A stretch of 64,000 nucleotides of DNA from an uncultured delta proteobacterium (GCA_963695875.1 CAVOID010000009.1:96001-160000); one strand, 5' to 3'. Numbered from the stretch's first letter, positions 21,913 through 32,649 are shown. Numbers and translations are program-made. Notes: a model not told the origin generated them from the letters alone.

Positions 21913-23541
21913 ATGGAATTCAATGTCGTTATCGGCGGAGAGGCGGGACAGGGTGTTTTTTCTGTTGAACTGGAACTCACAGAAATCCTGTCAAAACTCA
22001 ATTATTATTTTTTCGCCACCAAGAACTACATGTCCAGGATCCGGGGCGGACACAACTTCCACATGGTCCGCATAGCCGAGCAGCCCGTCCATGCCCTGAG
22101 CGGCGGAAAGTGGGACATGGTCATCGCCCTCGACAATGAGACGGACAAGCGGCATAAACCGAACCTCCATGAAAAAGGCATCTATCTTTCCCGGGATCTG
22201 ACGAAAGAGGTTGAAAAAGAGGCCCGTGAAAAATTCAAGGACGTCAAAACCGCCAATTCGATACTGGTTGGTATTGTTCTTTCCGTCATCGGTGTAAGTC
22301 CCGAAAAAACGGCAGAGGCCGCCGAATCTGCAAACGCCCCATACCTGAAGAACGGCTTCGATCTCGCTTCCCGGTGGAAACTTGCAGGCGCCTTCCCTGT
22401 TTCACCCAGGGCGGGGGACCATTGTAAATTCGACGGAAATCAGGCTATCACCCTCGGTTCCCTCCTGGGCGGCTGTCAGTTCATGGCCGGTTACCCAATG
22501 ACGCCGGCTACTTCCATCATGCACTACTTCGCTGAGGCCGCCCAGGAGATGCCGGTACATTTTGAGCAGGCCGAGGATGAGATCTCGGCCATCAACATGG
22601 CCCTGGGTGCATCCTATGCTGGCGTCCGGTCGATGGCGGCCACCTCCGGCGGCGGTTTCGCGCTCATGCAGGAAGGGGTGTCACTGGCAGGCATGACGGA
22701 AACGCCTGTCGTCATCATCGTAGCCCAGCGGCCCGGCCCGGCCACAGGGCTTCCCACCCGGACAGAACAGGGGGATCTCAACTTTGTCCTCCATGCCGGC
22801 CACGGAGAATTCCCCCGGATTATTTTCGCCCCCGGCTCCATCGATGAAACCATCGCTCTCGCCCAAAAGAGCTTCGAACTGGCCGACCGTTATCAGATCC
22901 CTGTTTTTCTCATGACGGATCAGTATTTTGCCGACTCCGTCCATATTATCGAGGATGATATCACGACGGAAGCCCGGAGACGCGAATACAGCATCTTCGA
23001 CAATACCTACAAGAGGTACCGTCTGACGGAGAACGGGATTTCACCGTTAACTTTCCCCGGCCTTTCCGACGCGCTGGTCAAGCTAGATTCCGATGAGCAC
23101 GACGAAGAGGGGAAAATCACGGAGGACCTGAACCTGAGGATCAGGATGGTGGACAAACGCCTGAAGAAATTCGATCTCCTGCGGAAAGATGCCGTACCGC
23201 CCACATTATACGGTGACGCGAAAGCGGCGTCGATAATTCTGTGCTGGGGTTCCAACAAGCTCATTGTGCAAGAAGCCGTGGAAAGGCTTACAGGCGAGGG
23301 GATCAGGACCGGCGCTCTCCATTTCGGACAGGTTTACCCTCTGACGGCGGAAATGATCACACCCTACGGGCTGGAATCGAAGAAGCTTATTTGCGTGGAA
23401 AATAATGCGAGAGGCCAGTTCGCCGGTCTTTTGAAACGGGAATTGGGGCTTAACGTGGCTCATCCGGTGCTGAAATACGACGGTGAATGTTTCACCGTGG
23501 AAGAACTCTATCGGACATTGAAAGACTTAGTACAAAAATAG
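21913..23541 (+). CDS. 2-oxoacid:ferredoxin oxidoreductase alpha subunit (gamma-alpha fusion)
   Basis: GGEAGQG, SRIRGGHN, GYPMTPAT, EDEISA, QRPGPATGLPT. Confidence 0.93.
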   Translation: MEFNVVIGGEAGQGVFSVELELTEILSKLNYYFFATKNYMSRIRGGHNFHMVRIAEQPVHALSGGKWDMVIALDNETDKRHKPNLHEKGIYLSRDLTKEVEKEAREKFKDVKTANSILVGIVLSVIGVSPEKTAEAAESANAPYLKNGFDLASRWKLAGAFPVSPRAGDHCKFDGNQAITLGSLLGGCQFMAGYPMTPATSIMHYFAEAAQEMPVHFEQAEDEISAINMALGASYAGVRSMAATSGGGFALMQEGVSLAGMTETPVVIIVAQRPGPATGLPTRTEQGDLNFVLHAGHGEFPRIIFAPGSIDETIALAQKSFELADRYQIPVFLMTDQYFADSVHIIEDDITTEARRREYSIFDNTYKRYRLTENGISPLTFPGLSDALVKLDSDEHDEEGKITEDLNLRIRMVDKRLKKFDLLRKDAVPPTLYGDAKAASIILCWGSNKLIVQEAVERLTGEGIRTGALHFGQVYPLTAEMITPYGLESKKLICVENNARGQFAGLLKRELGLNVAHPVLKYDGECFTVEELYRTLKDLVQK

Positions 23542-23667
23542 AATCAGAGGGCTGTCCAAAGCTGGCGGGATGCTGGGGGTGGTCCTGTAGTCGTGAAAGT
23601 CCCTCTGAGATCGTCCGTTTGACTAAAGGGAGACTGAAAGGAATGCACTTCTCAGAGGAGTTGAAAC

Positions 23668-24494
23668 ATGATGGCAAGAACCGATACCGCCTGGTGTCCC
23701 GGCTGCGGCAATTTTCCCATCCGGGACGTTCTGGAAAAAGCCTTACAGGAACTCCCTGTTCCCAAGAAAGACATCGTCCTCACATCGGGTATCGGGCAGG
23801 CCGCCAAGATGCCCCATTACCTGGATGTGAATTTTTTCAACGGGCTCCACGGCCGCGTCCCTGCCGCTTGCCGTCGGGATCAAGCTGGCCAGGCCGGACC
23901 TCACTGTCATTACATACTCCGGTGACGGCTGCAACTACGGCGAAGGAGGAAATCATTTCATCCACACCATACGAAGGCGTTTGGATATCACGATATTGAC
24001 CTCCAATAACCAGGTCTACGGCCTGACCAAGGGGCAAAGCTCTCCCACGACTGACTTCTCCGTGAAGAATGACCTGGCCCCACAGGGAAATCAGAACATC
24101 CCCTTGAACCCTGTCGCCCTGGCCATCAGCCATGGGAGCCCCCTTCGTGGCCCGTGGTTTTGCCGGTGAAAGGGAGCACCTGAAGGAACTGATCAAGGAA
24201 GCCATCCTCTTCAAGGGGACAGCTCTCGTGGATATCCTTTCACCCTGTGTCACCTTCAACAAGATCGATACCTACCAGTGGTACAAAGAAAGGGCCTTCA
24301 AGCTGGAGCATCCGCTGACAGACCGTTATGAAGCACTGAGGATGGCCGATCTCTGGGGCGATAAGATCCCCATCGGAGTCATATACCGGGATGAAAAAAT
24401 GGCATTGCGGGAAGTGAAGAATATTTTCCGGGAGCAGTTAACGGAAGAGGATATTGCGTGCCAGCTCAAGATGAGATGTGTCATGATGAGATGA
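23668..24494 (+). CDS. 2-oxoacid:ferredoxin oxidoreductase beta subunit, two +1 frameshifts (~23857, ~24131)
   Basis: [36 protein letters not shown] and SPCVTFN motifs spread over three frames. Confidence 0.88.
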
Positions 24495-24576
24495 CAGCGT
24501 TTCCATCTACATATTCTATTTCGTCTGATCCGTTGGTTCAAATCCAATGCAAATCCGGTGTGATACCCTCCCTTAT

Positions 24577-24645
24577 GGTAGTTTTTACCTACCAATCAGC
24601 TTACAATTAATCACTGTTGTTTTAACCCCCTCCGTCACCTAGTGT
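24577..24645 (+). promoter_or_regulatory. Conserved activator-dependent promoter copy G (wrbA and possibly the downstream signalling genes)
   Basis: GGTAG-N7-CTACCAAT-N8-AATTAATC-ACT-G, -35 TTGTTT, N17, -10 TAGTGT. Confidence 0.7.
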
Positions 24646-24741
24646 TTTAAATCAGTATACACGAATGAAGGTGTATGCCGTCAATATCAGAAATGATTTC
24701 AACACGGAAAAATATATCACGCAATCGAGGGGAGGCATACC

Positions 24742-25359
24742 ATGAAGGTTCTGATTGTATACTATTCCATGTACGGCCATATTCACCGGATGGCGGAAGC
24801 CGTGGCGGAAGGTGCAAAGGGGGTTAAAGGTGCTGATGTTTCCATGTATCGTGTCCCCGAGACGCTCACCGAAGAAGCTCTGAAAAAAATGGGCGCCCTC
24901 GAGGCCCAGAAAAGTTTTGCCCATGTCCCTGTCTGCAAGGTTGACGATCTCGCTTCGGCGGACGCGATAATCTTCGGCACACCGACGCGATTCGGCAATA
25001 TGTGCGGGCAGATGCGCCAGTTCCTCGACGCGACCGGAGGCCTGTGGGTCAAAGGCGCCCTTGTCGGAAAGGTAGGAAGCGTCTTCGCAAGCAGCGCAAC
25101 CCAGCACGGCGGCCAGGAATCCACGATTCTCACTTTCCACACCTTTTTACTGCATCAAGGCATGATCATTGCCGGCCTGCCCTATGCCTTTGAAGGACAA
25201 ATGCGCATCGACGAGATCACGGGCGGTTCCCCATACGGGGCATCCACGATTGCCGGGACCAAAGGCGACCGCATGCCCAGCGAAAACGAACTGAATGCAG
25301 CCCGGTTCCAGGGCAAATTCGTGGCGGAGATCGCGGCGAAACTTTCCCGTCAGGCGTAG
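24742..25359 (+). CDS. wrbA: NAD(P)H:quinone oxidoreductase WrbA
   Basis: [31 protein letters not shown]. Confidence 0.96.
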   Translation: MKVLIVYYSMYGHIHRMAEAVAEGAKGVKGADVSMYRVPETLTEEALKKMGALEAQKSFAHVPVCKVDDLASADAIIFGTPTRFGNMCGQMRQFLDATGGLWVKGALVGKVGSVFASSATQHGGQESTILTFHTFLLHQGMIIAGLPYAFEGQMRIDEITGGSPYGASTIAGTKGDRMPSENELNAARFQGKFVAEIAAKLSRQA

Positions 25360-25374
25360 AGGAATAAAGGAGGG

Positions 25375-25596
25375 ATGGAAATGGATCACTCCTCAGTAGA
25401 TGAGGCATGGCAAAGATTACAGGCCCGCATCGAGCAACTGCTTCATCCCATGTTCAGAATTATTCTGATCCTCGACGTCTTTGAGCATGCCTATTACATC
25501 GATTACAAAAATGACCGGGCTAAATTTGTCGATGCGTTCTGGAACATCATAAACTGGAGCAAAGCAGGCAAGAGGCTGGAAGAGTTATTGAGCTGA
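25375..25596 (+). pseudogene. C-terminal fragment of Fe/Mn superoxide dismutase
   Basis: [29 protein letters not shown] matches the SOD DxWEHAYY region; N-terminal His ligands absent. Confidence 0.75.
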
Positions 25597-27753
25597 GTGG
25601 AGTATAACCATACCAATTTTCAGTTAGCAGCCATGACAAAAAAAGGGCCCAATATAAAGTATAGTTTTGATCTCCGTGGGCAGGCGGAAAAAAGAATACC
25701 CAATTCAATGGAGAGCTTAGCGGATATGTCTGTTCTCGAAGTCCGGAAGATTGTTCACGAGCTGCATGTTCACCAGATAGAGTTGGAAATGCAGAATGAT
25801 GAATTGCGTAAGACGCAGATGGAGCTTACGGAATCACACCACAAGTATACCGACCTTTACGATTTCGCCCCCGTCGGGTATTTCACATTAGACAAAAAGG
25901 GTCATATCATCGAGACGAATGTGACGGGTGCCGCCTTACTCGGCTCAGAAAAGCGATCTCTCATCAGACAGCCTTTCCATCGTTTTATCATGCCCGGCCA
26001 TTTCAGTATCTTCCAGTCCCATCTCCAGATGACCATTGAGATTAAAAGCAAGCAGACCTGCAAACTGAAGCTCACCCGGAAGGACGGGAGTATGTTCGAT
26101 GCGCTGATCGATACCACAGCGGTGACGGATGGCGGCGGTAATTTTGATCACTACCGGTCTTCGGTAACCGACATCACGGATATCACTAAGGCAGAGGAGT
26201 CTCTGATAAGAGCCCATGCAGAGATGGAGGAACGGGTCAGGGAGCGTACTGCTCAACTCGATATGGCAAACAGAGAAGCACAGAGACATTCCCAATTATT
26301 GGATTTGGCAAATGACGCTATCCTGATTTGCGACCTGTACGGCAACATAACGTACTGGAATAAAGGTGCGGAAAAACTTTACGGATGGTCGAGAAATGAG
26401 GCGATAGGGCAAAATATTCTAAGCCTGTTGCAGACGGAACCCTTGCTGAAATCGAAAGACATACGTGAGAGATTTTTCCGCGATGGTTATTGGGAAGGAG
26501 AACGTTTACACACAAAGAAGGACGGCAGAAAAGTAACGGTGCACAGCCGCTGGACATTACAGCGCGATGACAAGAAGAAGCCTGTTGCTTTCTCGGAGAT
26601 CAACCGCGATATTACCGAACTCAAGCGAAAGGAAAAAGAGCTTCACGACACAGCCTTATACTCCCGCAGACTTATTGAGGCAAGCCTCGACCCCCTCGTC
26701 ACAATCAGTGCCAGGGGCAAGATTATGGATGTGAACAAAGCTGCGGAAGATGCTACGGGTATACCGAGAAAGAGGCTCATCGGAAGCGATTTCTCCGATT
26801 ATTTCACCGACCCGGAGAAAGCAAGAGCAGGGTACGAAATGGTATTTTCGCAGGGCTTCGTTAAAGACTACCCTCTGGCCATCCGCCATACATCAGGCCG
26901 GACGATGGAGGTCCTGTATAACGCAACGACCTATAAAAATGATGCAGGAGAGGTGGTGGGCGTTTTTGCAGCCGCCCGCGACATTACCGAACTCAGAACA
27001 GCGCAGAAAGCCTTACAGGAATCCCATGACGATTTGGAGCGCCGGGTTGCGGAACGGACAGCCAAACTTGAAGCTGTAAACAAGGAACTGGAAAGCTTCA
27101 GCTACTCTGTCTCCCACGACCTCCGCGCCCCCCTGCGTGCCATTGACGGCTACGCACGCATGATCCTCAAAAAACAAGGGGATAAATTCGATGAAGACAC
27201 ACTCTCTAAATTTAATGTAATAAGATCGAGTGCGCATATGATGGGCCAGCTTATCGACGATCTCCTGACCTTTTCCCGCCTTGGCAGGAAGGAGATTTCC
27301 ATGTCGAAGCTGGACATGCATGCTCTTATCAATGATGTATGGAAAGAACTGCGCATCATCAATCCGGACAGGAACATGTTCCTGACTCTTCAAGGCCTTC
27401 CTTCCGGATATGGAGACAGGTCACTCGTTAAACAGGTGTATTCCAACCTTCTGGGGAACGCCGTCAAATTTACCAAATACCGGGAGGCCGCATATATCGA
27501 AGCAGGTGGATACACAGATGGAAACGAGGGCGTCTATTACATTAAAGACAATGGTGTCGGCTTCGACATGACGTACTATGATAAGTTGTTCGGCGTGTTT
27601 CAGCGTCTTCACAGCACCGATGATTTTGAGGGCACAGGTGTCGGCCTGGCGACTGTCCAGCGCATCATACGCAGGCATGGCGGGCGCGTATGGGCGGAAG
27701 GCGGAACGGACAGGGGCGCGACCTTCTATTTTACACTACGCGGAAAGGAGTAA
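25597..27753 (+). CDS. Cytoplasmic multi-PAS sensor histidine kinase
   Basis: ELHVHQIELEMQN coil, three PAS domains, SVSHDLRAPL H-box, NLLGNAVKF, DNGVGF, GTGVGLA; start may be ATG 25633. Confidence 0.93.
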   Translation: MEYNHTNFQLAAMTKKGPNIKYSFDLRGQAEKRIPNSMESLADMSVLEVRKIVHELHVHQIELEMQNDELRKTQMELTESHHKYTDLYDFAPVGYFTLDKKGHIIETNVTGAALLGSEKRSLIRQPFHRFIMPGHFSIFQSHLQMTIEIKSKQTCKLKLTRKDGSMFDALIDTTAVTDGGGNFDHYRSSVTDITDITKAEESLIRAHAEMEERVRERTAQLDMANREAQRHSQLLDLANDAILICDLYGNITYWNKGAEKLYGWSRNEAIGQNILSLLQTEPLLKSKDIRERFFRDGYWEGERLHTKKDGRKVTVHSRWTLQRDDKKKPVAFSEINRDITELKRKEKELHDTALYSRRLIEASLDPLVTISARGKIMDVNKAAEDATGIPRKRLIGSDFSDYFTDPEKARAGYEMVFSQGFVKDYPLAIRHTSGRTMEVLYNATTYKNDAGEVVGVFAAARDITELRTAQKALQESHDDLERRVAERTAKLEAVNKELESFSYSVSHDLRAPLRAIDGYARMILKKQGDKFDEDTLSKFNVIRSSAHMMGQLIDDLLTFSRLGRKEISMSKLDMHALINDVWKELRIINPDRNMFLTLQGLPSGYGDRSLVKQVYSNLLGNAVKFTKYREAAYIEAGGYTDGNEGVYYIKDNGVGFDMTYYDKLFGVFQRLHSTDDFEGTGVGLATVQRIIRRHGGRVWAEGGTDRGATFYFTLRGKE

Positions 27754-27762
27754 ATTGTTATT

Positions 27763-28206
27763 ATGGATGGAGTTGATATTCTCGTCATTGAAGATAATCG
27801 TCACGATGTTGAGATGATTCTCGAAACCATTAGTGAGCAAGATATCAGTGATACCGTTCATGTCATAAATGATGGTGCGGAAGCAATCGACTATTTTTTC
27901 GGCCCGCAAGGATGCGTCGAGGATGTTTCCTGTCATCTTCCCAAATTGATACTGCTCGATTTAAAACTTCCCAAAGTCAGCGGCCTTGAGGTTCTGAAAA
28001 GCATCAGATCCGATGAACGGACAAGGTATATCCCGACTGTCGTTTTTACTTCATCCAATGAAGCGCGGGACAGAATAGAAAGCTACCTGCTTGGGGCCAA
28101 CAGTTATATTGTAAAGCCCATGGATGCTGATAAATTTTCACGTTTTGTCGCGGAGATCGGATCATACTGGGTATTTATGAACAAATCAACCTACGACGGT
28201 GCATAG
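27763..28206 (+). CDS. Single-domain response regulator (Rcp1-like)
   Basis: LVIEDN, LILLDLKLPKVSG, GANSYIVKP. Confidence 0.93.
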   Translation: MDGVDILVIEDNRHDVEMILETISEQDISDTVHVINDGAEAIDYFFGPQGCVEDVSCHLPKLILLDLKLPKVSGLEVLKSIRSDERTRYIPTVVFTSSNEARDRIESYLLGANSYIVKPMDADKFSRFVAEIGSYWVFMNKSTYDGA

Positions 28207-28240
28207 ACTCGTACAATGAAGATTCAATTCCCGGGAGAGG

Positions 28241-29497
28241 ATGGAGGCTAATACCATGAGCAAGGAATTAAGAATATTGATTCTTGAGGATGTTCCTACG
28301 GATGCCGAATTGATGGAAGACGAACTTAAAGAGTCAGGCATGACCTTCATATCGAAGCGCGTCGCCGCAAGAACGGCTTTTATCAACGCGATTAATGGCT
28401 TTTGCCCGGACATTATCCTTTCAGATTATTCCCTGCCTTCATTTGACGGTCAGTCCGCATTAAAGATTGCCATGGAAAAATGCCCCGATACTCCCTTCAT
28501 TTTTGTTTCCGGGGCGTTGGGTGAAGAAATGGCGATTGAACTGCTCAAAAAGGGAGCAACCGATTATGTCTTGAAAAATAGGCTGTCACGCCTCGGGCCC
28601 GCCGTTTCCCGGGCACTGAACGAGGTCGAAGAACGGAACGAGCGAAAACGTTTTGAAGATGCACTGAAGGAATCGGAGGTAAGATACAGGACAATTTTTG
28701 AAAACACGGGAACGGCGACTATTATAATCGATGAAGATACAACGATCATTCTTGCCAACAGACAGTTTGAAAGACTGTCCGGTTTTTCAAGGTCTGAGAT
28801 TGAGGGCAAAAAAAACTGGACGGAATTTGTTATTAAAGATGATCTGGTAAAAGTAAACGACCTCAAGCAGCCATGGAGGAAGCATTTCAAACTGCCGTCG
28901 GACGGCTATGAATTCAGTCTTACCGGCAGGCAGGGGAACATACGAAATGTTCTGGCGAATATTGCGCTGATGCCGTCAACGAAGAGAACCGTCATGTCCC
29001 TTCTGGACATCACAGAACGGAAAGCGGCCGAGGAAGCCCTGAAAAAAAGGGAACAGGAACTTGAGTTAAAATCACAAAGTCTTCAGGAGGCCAATACGGC
29101 ATTAAAGGTCCTGCTGAAACATAGGGAAGAAGATAAGACCACTCTGGAAGAGCAAGTGCTGGCCAATGTTAAGAAGCTAGTTCTGCCCTACCTGGAAAAA
29201 TTAAAGAATCTTAAGTTAGATAAAAACCAGCTGGTCCATGTGGAGATCATAGAGGCGCATCTGAACGACATTATTTCACCATTTTTGCGCAATCTGACCT
29301 CGGCATACCTCAACCTGACACCCAGGGAAATTGAAGTAGCCAGCCTGGTCAAGGAAGGTAAGACGACAAAAGAAATAACCGAGCTGCTTAACATATCGGC
29401 AACAGCGGTGGACTTCCACAGAAAAAACCTTCGTTCAAAATTTGGCATAAAGAGCAAAAAAACAAATCTCAGGTCATATCTAACGTCCGTCTCTTGA
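28241..29497 (+). CDS. REC-PAS-LuxR/NarL-type HTH response regulator
   Basis: REC (LILED, LSDYSLP, YVLK), PAS, C-terminal LTPREIEVASLVKEGKTTKEITELLNISATAVDFHRKNLRSKFG. Confidence 0.92.
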   Translation: MEANTMSKELRILILEDVPTDAELMEDELKESGMTFISKRVAARTAFINAINGFCPDIILSDYSLPSFDGQSALKIAMEKCPDTPFIFVSGALGEEMAIELLKKGATDYVLKNRLSRLGPAVSRALNEVEERNERKRFEDALKESEVRYRTIFENTGTATIIIDEDTTIILANRQFERLSGFSRSEIEGKKNWTEFVIKDDLVKVNDLKQPWRKHFKLPSDGYEFSLTGRQGNIRNVLANIALMPSTKRTVMSLLDITERKAAEEALKKREQELELKSQSLQEANTALKVLLKHREEDKTTLEEQVLANVKKLVLPYLEKLKNLKLDKNQLVHVEIIEAHLNDIISPFLRNLTSAYLNLTPREIEVASLVKEGKTTKEITELLNISATAVDFHRKNLRSKFGIKSKKTNLRSYLTSVS

Positions 29498-29499
29498 TA

Positions 29500-29567
29500 G
29501 GAGATTATACCTACCATTGAGCTGTCATTTTATCCTCATTGCTCCGCCCCAATGAGCACACTAGTAT
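29500..29567 (+). promoter_or_regulatory. Conserved activator-dependent promoter copy B (pal)
   Basis: GGAG-N7-CTACCATT-N8-ATTTTATC-CTC-A, -35 TTGCTC, N17, -10 TAGTAT. Confidence 0.8.
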
Positions 29568-29767
29568 TCTAATTGGATAAATGAAATACATTACATATTA
29601 TGGCAGTATGCATTCAATCGCACACCATTCCGCTCAGCAGAAGGGGGATATTAGTGTGATTGATTGTTATTTTCAAAAATCTTAATCGACAAACGGGGAT
29701 TATGTTGCTTTAAGCATAGCGCTGGTGACTCCACCGAATAAGAAATGAAGGAAGAAAGGAGAGAAAA

Positions 29768-30385
29768 ATGAGAAGACAGAAATTTTTTATGACATTAGTT
29801 TTGGCAGCCATTCTTCTTGTATTTATTCTGCCCATAGGATGTGCAAAAAAAGCTGTCACGAAAGAGGAGGCCGTGGAAAAACAGGCGCCCGCACAACCTA
29901 CGGAAACAGCCAAGGAAAAGGAGCTGGAGGACGCTTTGGCTAAGGAGAAGGCAAAAGAAAGAGCTGCGGAAGAACAGTTGGCGAGGGAGCAGGCCGGTGA
30001 AGAGGCGGCTGCTGTGGAGGCGGCTGCTAATGCGGCAAGAGAAGCATCACAGTTTGAAGACATCCATTTTGCCTTTGACCGTTTTGACCTGAGGCCCGAT
30101 GCAAGAGAGATCTTAGATATGCACGCAAAGTGGCTTAAGGCACATCCCGAATATGTTGTGCGTATAGAGGGAAATTGTGATGACCGGGGTACGGTAGAAT
30201 ACAACCTCGCCCTTGGTGATAGACGGGCGAAGACTGCCATGACATACTTGGTCGATCTCGGCATTAATAAAGCAAGAATTAGCACGATAAGCTACGGGAA
30301 GGAGCAACCTCTTGATCCGGAGCATAATGAAGAGGCCTGGGCAAAGAATAGAAGAGATCATTTCGTCGTGACAAAGAAAAAATGA
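29768..30385 (+). CDS. pal: Peptidoglycan-associated lipoprotein
   Basis: Lipobox IGC, IHFAFD, EGNCDDRGTVEYNLALGDRRA, AWAKNRR. Confidence 0.93.
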   Translation: MRRQKFFMTLVLAAILLVFILPIGCAKKAVTKEEAVEKQAPAQPTETAKEKELEDALAKEKAKERAAEEQLAREQAGEEAAAVEAAANAAREASQFEDIHFAFDRFDLRPDAREILDMHAKWLKAHPEYVVRIEGNCDDRGTVEYNLALGDRRAKTAMTYLVDLGINKARISTISYGKEQPLDPEHNEEAWAKNRRDHFVVTKKK

Positions 30386-30445
30386 AAATCTCCCTTTTCG
30401 CCCTTCACTTCTTCCCATACTATTGTAAGGTGTGAAGGGCGGAAT

Positions 30446-30925
30446 TTACGGGGTAGAGAGGATCGTTTCGAGCTCCTCCAGCAGGCCGATCTGGCCTTTC
30501 AGGATTTTTTCTTTGGCAGTGTTCAGCGAAAACCAGCCGGCTCGGTCTATTTCCGGGTATTCCCGCTCGACGCCTGAATGCGGCGGCCATTCCATGGAGA
30601 AGTAATTGCTCCTCACAGCCGAGGCATCCAAGTCTCCTTCGAGTGCCCACGCATACACGAGCTTGCCGCCCGGCTGTCTGACCGGCGTGAGTGTTACAAA
30701 TCGTCCATCCACTTTAAAACCCGTCTCCTCATCAAATTCCCTCATGGCGGCGGAAAGTGGTTCTTCTTCGGGTCCGATCTCCCCTTTGGGGATGGACCAT
30801 ACCCCGATATCCTTGTTAGCCCCGAACGGGCCGCCCGGATGAACAAGAAATACCTCCAGGACGCCATCATGATACCGATACAGCAGTATTCCCGCGCTTT
30901 TCTTTTCCACCTTTCGATTCCCCAA
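30446..30925 (-). CDS. NUDIX hydrolase
   Basis: LVHPGGPF, WSIPKGE...AAMREFDEETG Nudix box. Confidence 0.9.
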   Translation of the reverse strand: MGNRKVEKKSAGILLYRYHDGVLEVFLVHPGGPFGANKDIGVWSIPKGEIGPEEEPLSAAMREFDEETGFKVDGRFVTLTPVRQPGGKLVYAWALEGDLDASAVRSNYFSMEWPPHSGVEREYPEIDRAGWFSLNTAKEKILKGQIGLLEELETILSTP

Positions 30926-31075
30926 TATCTCCTGCTTGTATGATAAGAGTATTTATTCCGCGGCAATCCGTGCAACCCTTGCAAGTATCAGAGCCGGTTA
31001 TATTAAGGCGCATGCCTATGATTCAATGGTTTTCATGGCCTGTTTTAACTTTTGTCTTGGCTGCAAAGTAGGTGC

Positions 31076-32470
31076 TTAACGTATTTTGCCTCTCGCCAGA
31101 GAAGCGAAAATGCCGCCGAAGCACAGAAGGCAGAGGATTATCAGCGAGCTGTGCATGCTTACCATGAACGAGGGATATTCCTCGGGTGTGATGGGGGCAT
31201 CTCCGATATGAAGTGTAAAAACCAGCATGACGATCCCCATGCTCAGCATCTGCCCCGTAAGCCGCATTGTGGCAAGTGTTCCGGATGCGACACCATAAAA
31301 CCGGTCTTCTACGGAACTCATTATGGCATTTGTGTTCGGTGATGAGAAGAGCGCGAAGCCAAGCCCCAGTATAAAAAGGACAGCGACAATGAAGAGAATG
31401 GATGCCCGGTTGTTAAGGAGGATCAAGAGTCCCAGGCCGAGGGCGGTGAGACTCATGCCTATCGAGGCGACAATCCGCGGCTCAATCCGGTCGGAAAGCC
31501 TCCCGGCAAAGGGTGAGAAAAAGGCCTGTATGACCGGCTGTACAACAAGGATCAAGCCGGAATGGAGCGGGCTGAATCCTTTGATATATTGCAGGTAGAG
31601 GCTAAGCAGAAAGGACACGGCGAAAGTGGCGCTATAATTGATCAGTGCCGCCAGGTTGGAGAAGACGAAGGCCGAATTATGGCGAAACAAAGTGATATCG
31701 AGAAGAGGATTCAGGACCTTCCTTTCCCGTAGCATGAATGTAATAATCAGGATAAGACCAATGATGATAAGCCAGATCCCGGGGGGTCGCGTGAGGGAAG
31801 ATATTCCATACATGATTGCTGCAAGCGCGCCCATGTAAAGGAAGGCACCCTTATAGTCGAAACGCTCATTTCTTGCCACGGCCCATTCTCCCCTAATCTT
31901 CCACAGGACGAGGACCAGAATGATGGCGCCGAGGGGAACATTGATCAGGAATATACTCCGCCAGCCAAAATGCTCGGTCAGGAACCCGCCCAAAAAGGGC
32001 CCGGCGGAAAGGCCCAGATAGACCGAGGCGACATTGATTCCAAGGGCGCGTCCCCTCTCCCCGGCCGGAAAGACGGAGCTCAGGATGGCGATGGATGTTC
32101 CGAAAATCATTGCACCACCTGCGCCCTGCAGCAGCCTGAAGGCAATAAGAGAATAAGAAGAGTTGGCCGCTGTACAGAACAAGGAAGACAAAGTGTATAT
32201 AACTAATCCGGAAGAGAATATCCGCTTCCTTCCCCAGATGTCGGCAATCCTGCCGATAGGGACAAGGACGGTGGCGGCCGCAAGGAGGAAGGAATAAGCA
32301 ACCCAACCCAGGAGGATAGCGCTCATGGAGAATTCATACCCGATGGATGGGAGGGCGATATTGACTGACGACCCCATAAATGGTGTGAGAAAAGAGGCCG
32401 CCGTTGTTACAAACAGGGTAATCTTTTTACTCACATCGAGGGTCTTTTTCGCTGTTGTATCCTCACTCAT
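31076..32470 (-). CDS. MFS transporter (DHA2/EmrB-like)
   Basis: VNIALPSI, GRIADIWGRKR motif A, many TM segments; start MSEDTT at 32470. Confidence 0.92.
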   Translation of the reverse strand: MSEDTTAKKTLDVSKKITLFVTTAASFLTPFMGSSVNIALPSIGYEFSMSAILLGWVAYSFLLAAATVLVPIGRIADIWGRKRIFSSGLVIYTLSSLFCTAANSSYSLIAFRLLQGAGGAMIFGTSIAILSSVFPAGERGRALGINVASVYLGLSAGPFLGGFLTEHFGWRSIFLINVPLGAIILVLVLWKIRGEWAVARNERFDYKGAFLYMGALAAIMYGISSLTRPPGIWLIIIGLILIITFMLRERKVLNPLLDITLFRHNSAFVFSNLAALINYSATFAVSFLLSLYLQYIKGFSPLHSGLILVVQPVIQAFFSPFAGRLSDRIEPRIVASIGMSLTALGLGLLILLNNRASILFIVAVLFILGLGFALFSSPNTNAIMSSVEDRFYGVASGTLATMRLTGQMLSMGIVMLVFTLHIGDAPITPEEYPSFMVSMHSSLIILCLLCFGGIFASLARGKIR

Positions 32471-32622
32471 CAACCACACCCGCGGTAGACTCCGCCATTC
32501 ATTCCCCGTCAAATTCAGCCAATCTATTCGGACTGACATTTTAGAGAAGCGCTTCGCACAATACTCATCCGGTCTCAGGTATATGCAAGACATTGTGTAT
32601 AATTAACCATAAACCAATTGTC

Positions 32623-32649
32623 AAGCTTTCCGCCTGCAAGGCGGGGCTT
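32623..32649. repeat. REP-like hairpin, related copy at 39690-39716
   Basis: AAGCTTTCCGCCTGCAAGGCGGGGCTT vs AAGCTCCCCACCCACAGGGCGAGACTT. Confidence 0.5.

Noticed and set aside
29768..30385. pal without the tol operon as a novel system
   Set aside because: Extra pal paralogs are common in deltaproteobacteria; only its promoter is notable
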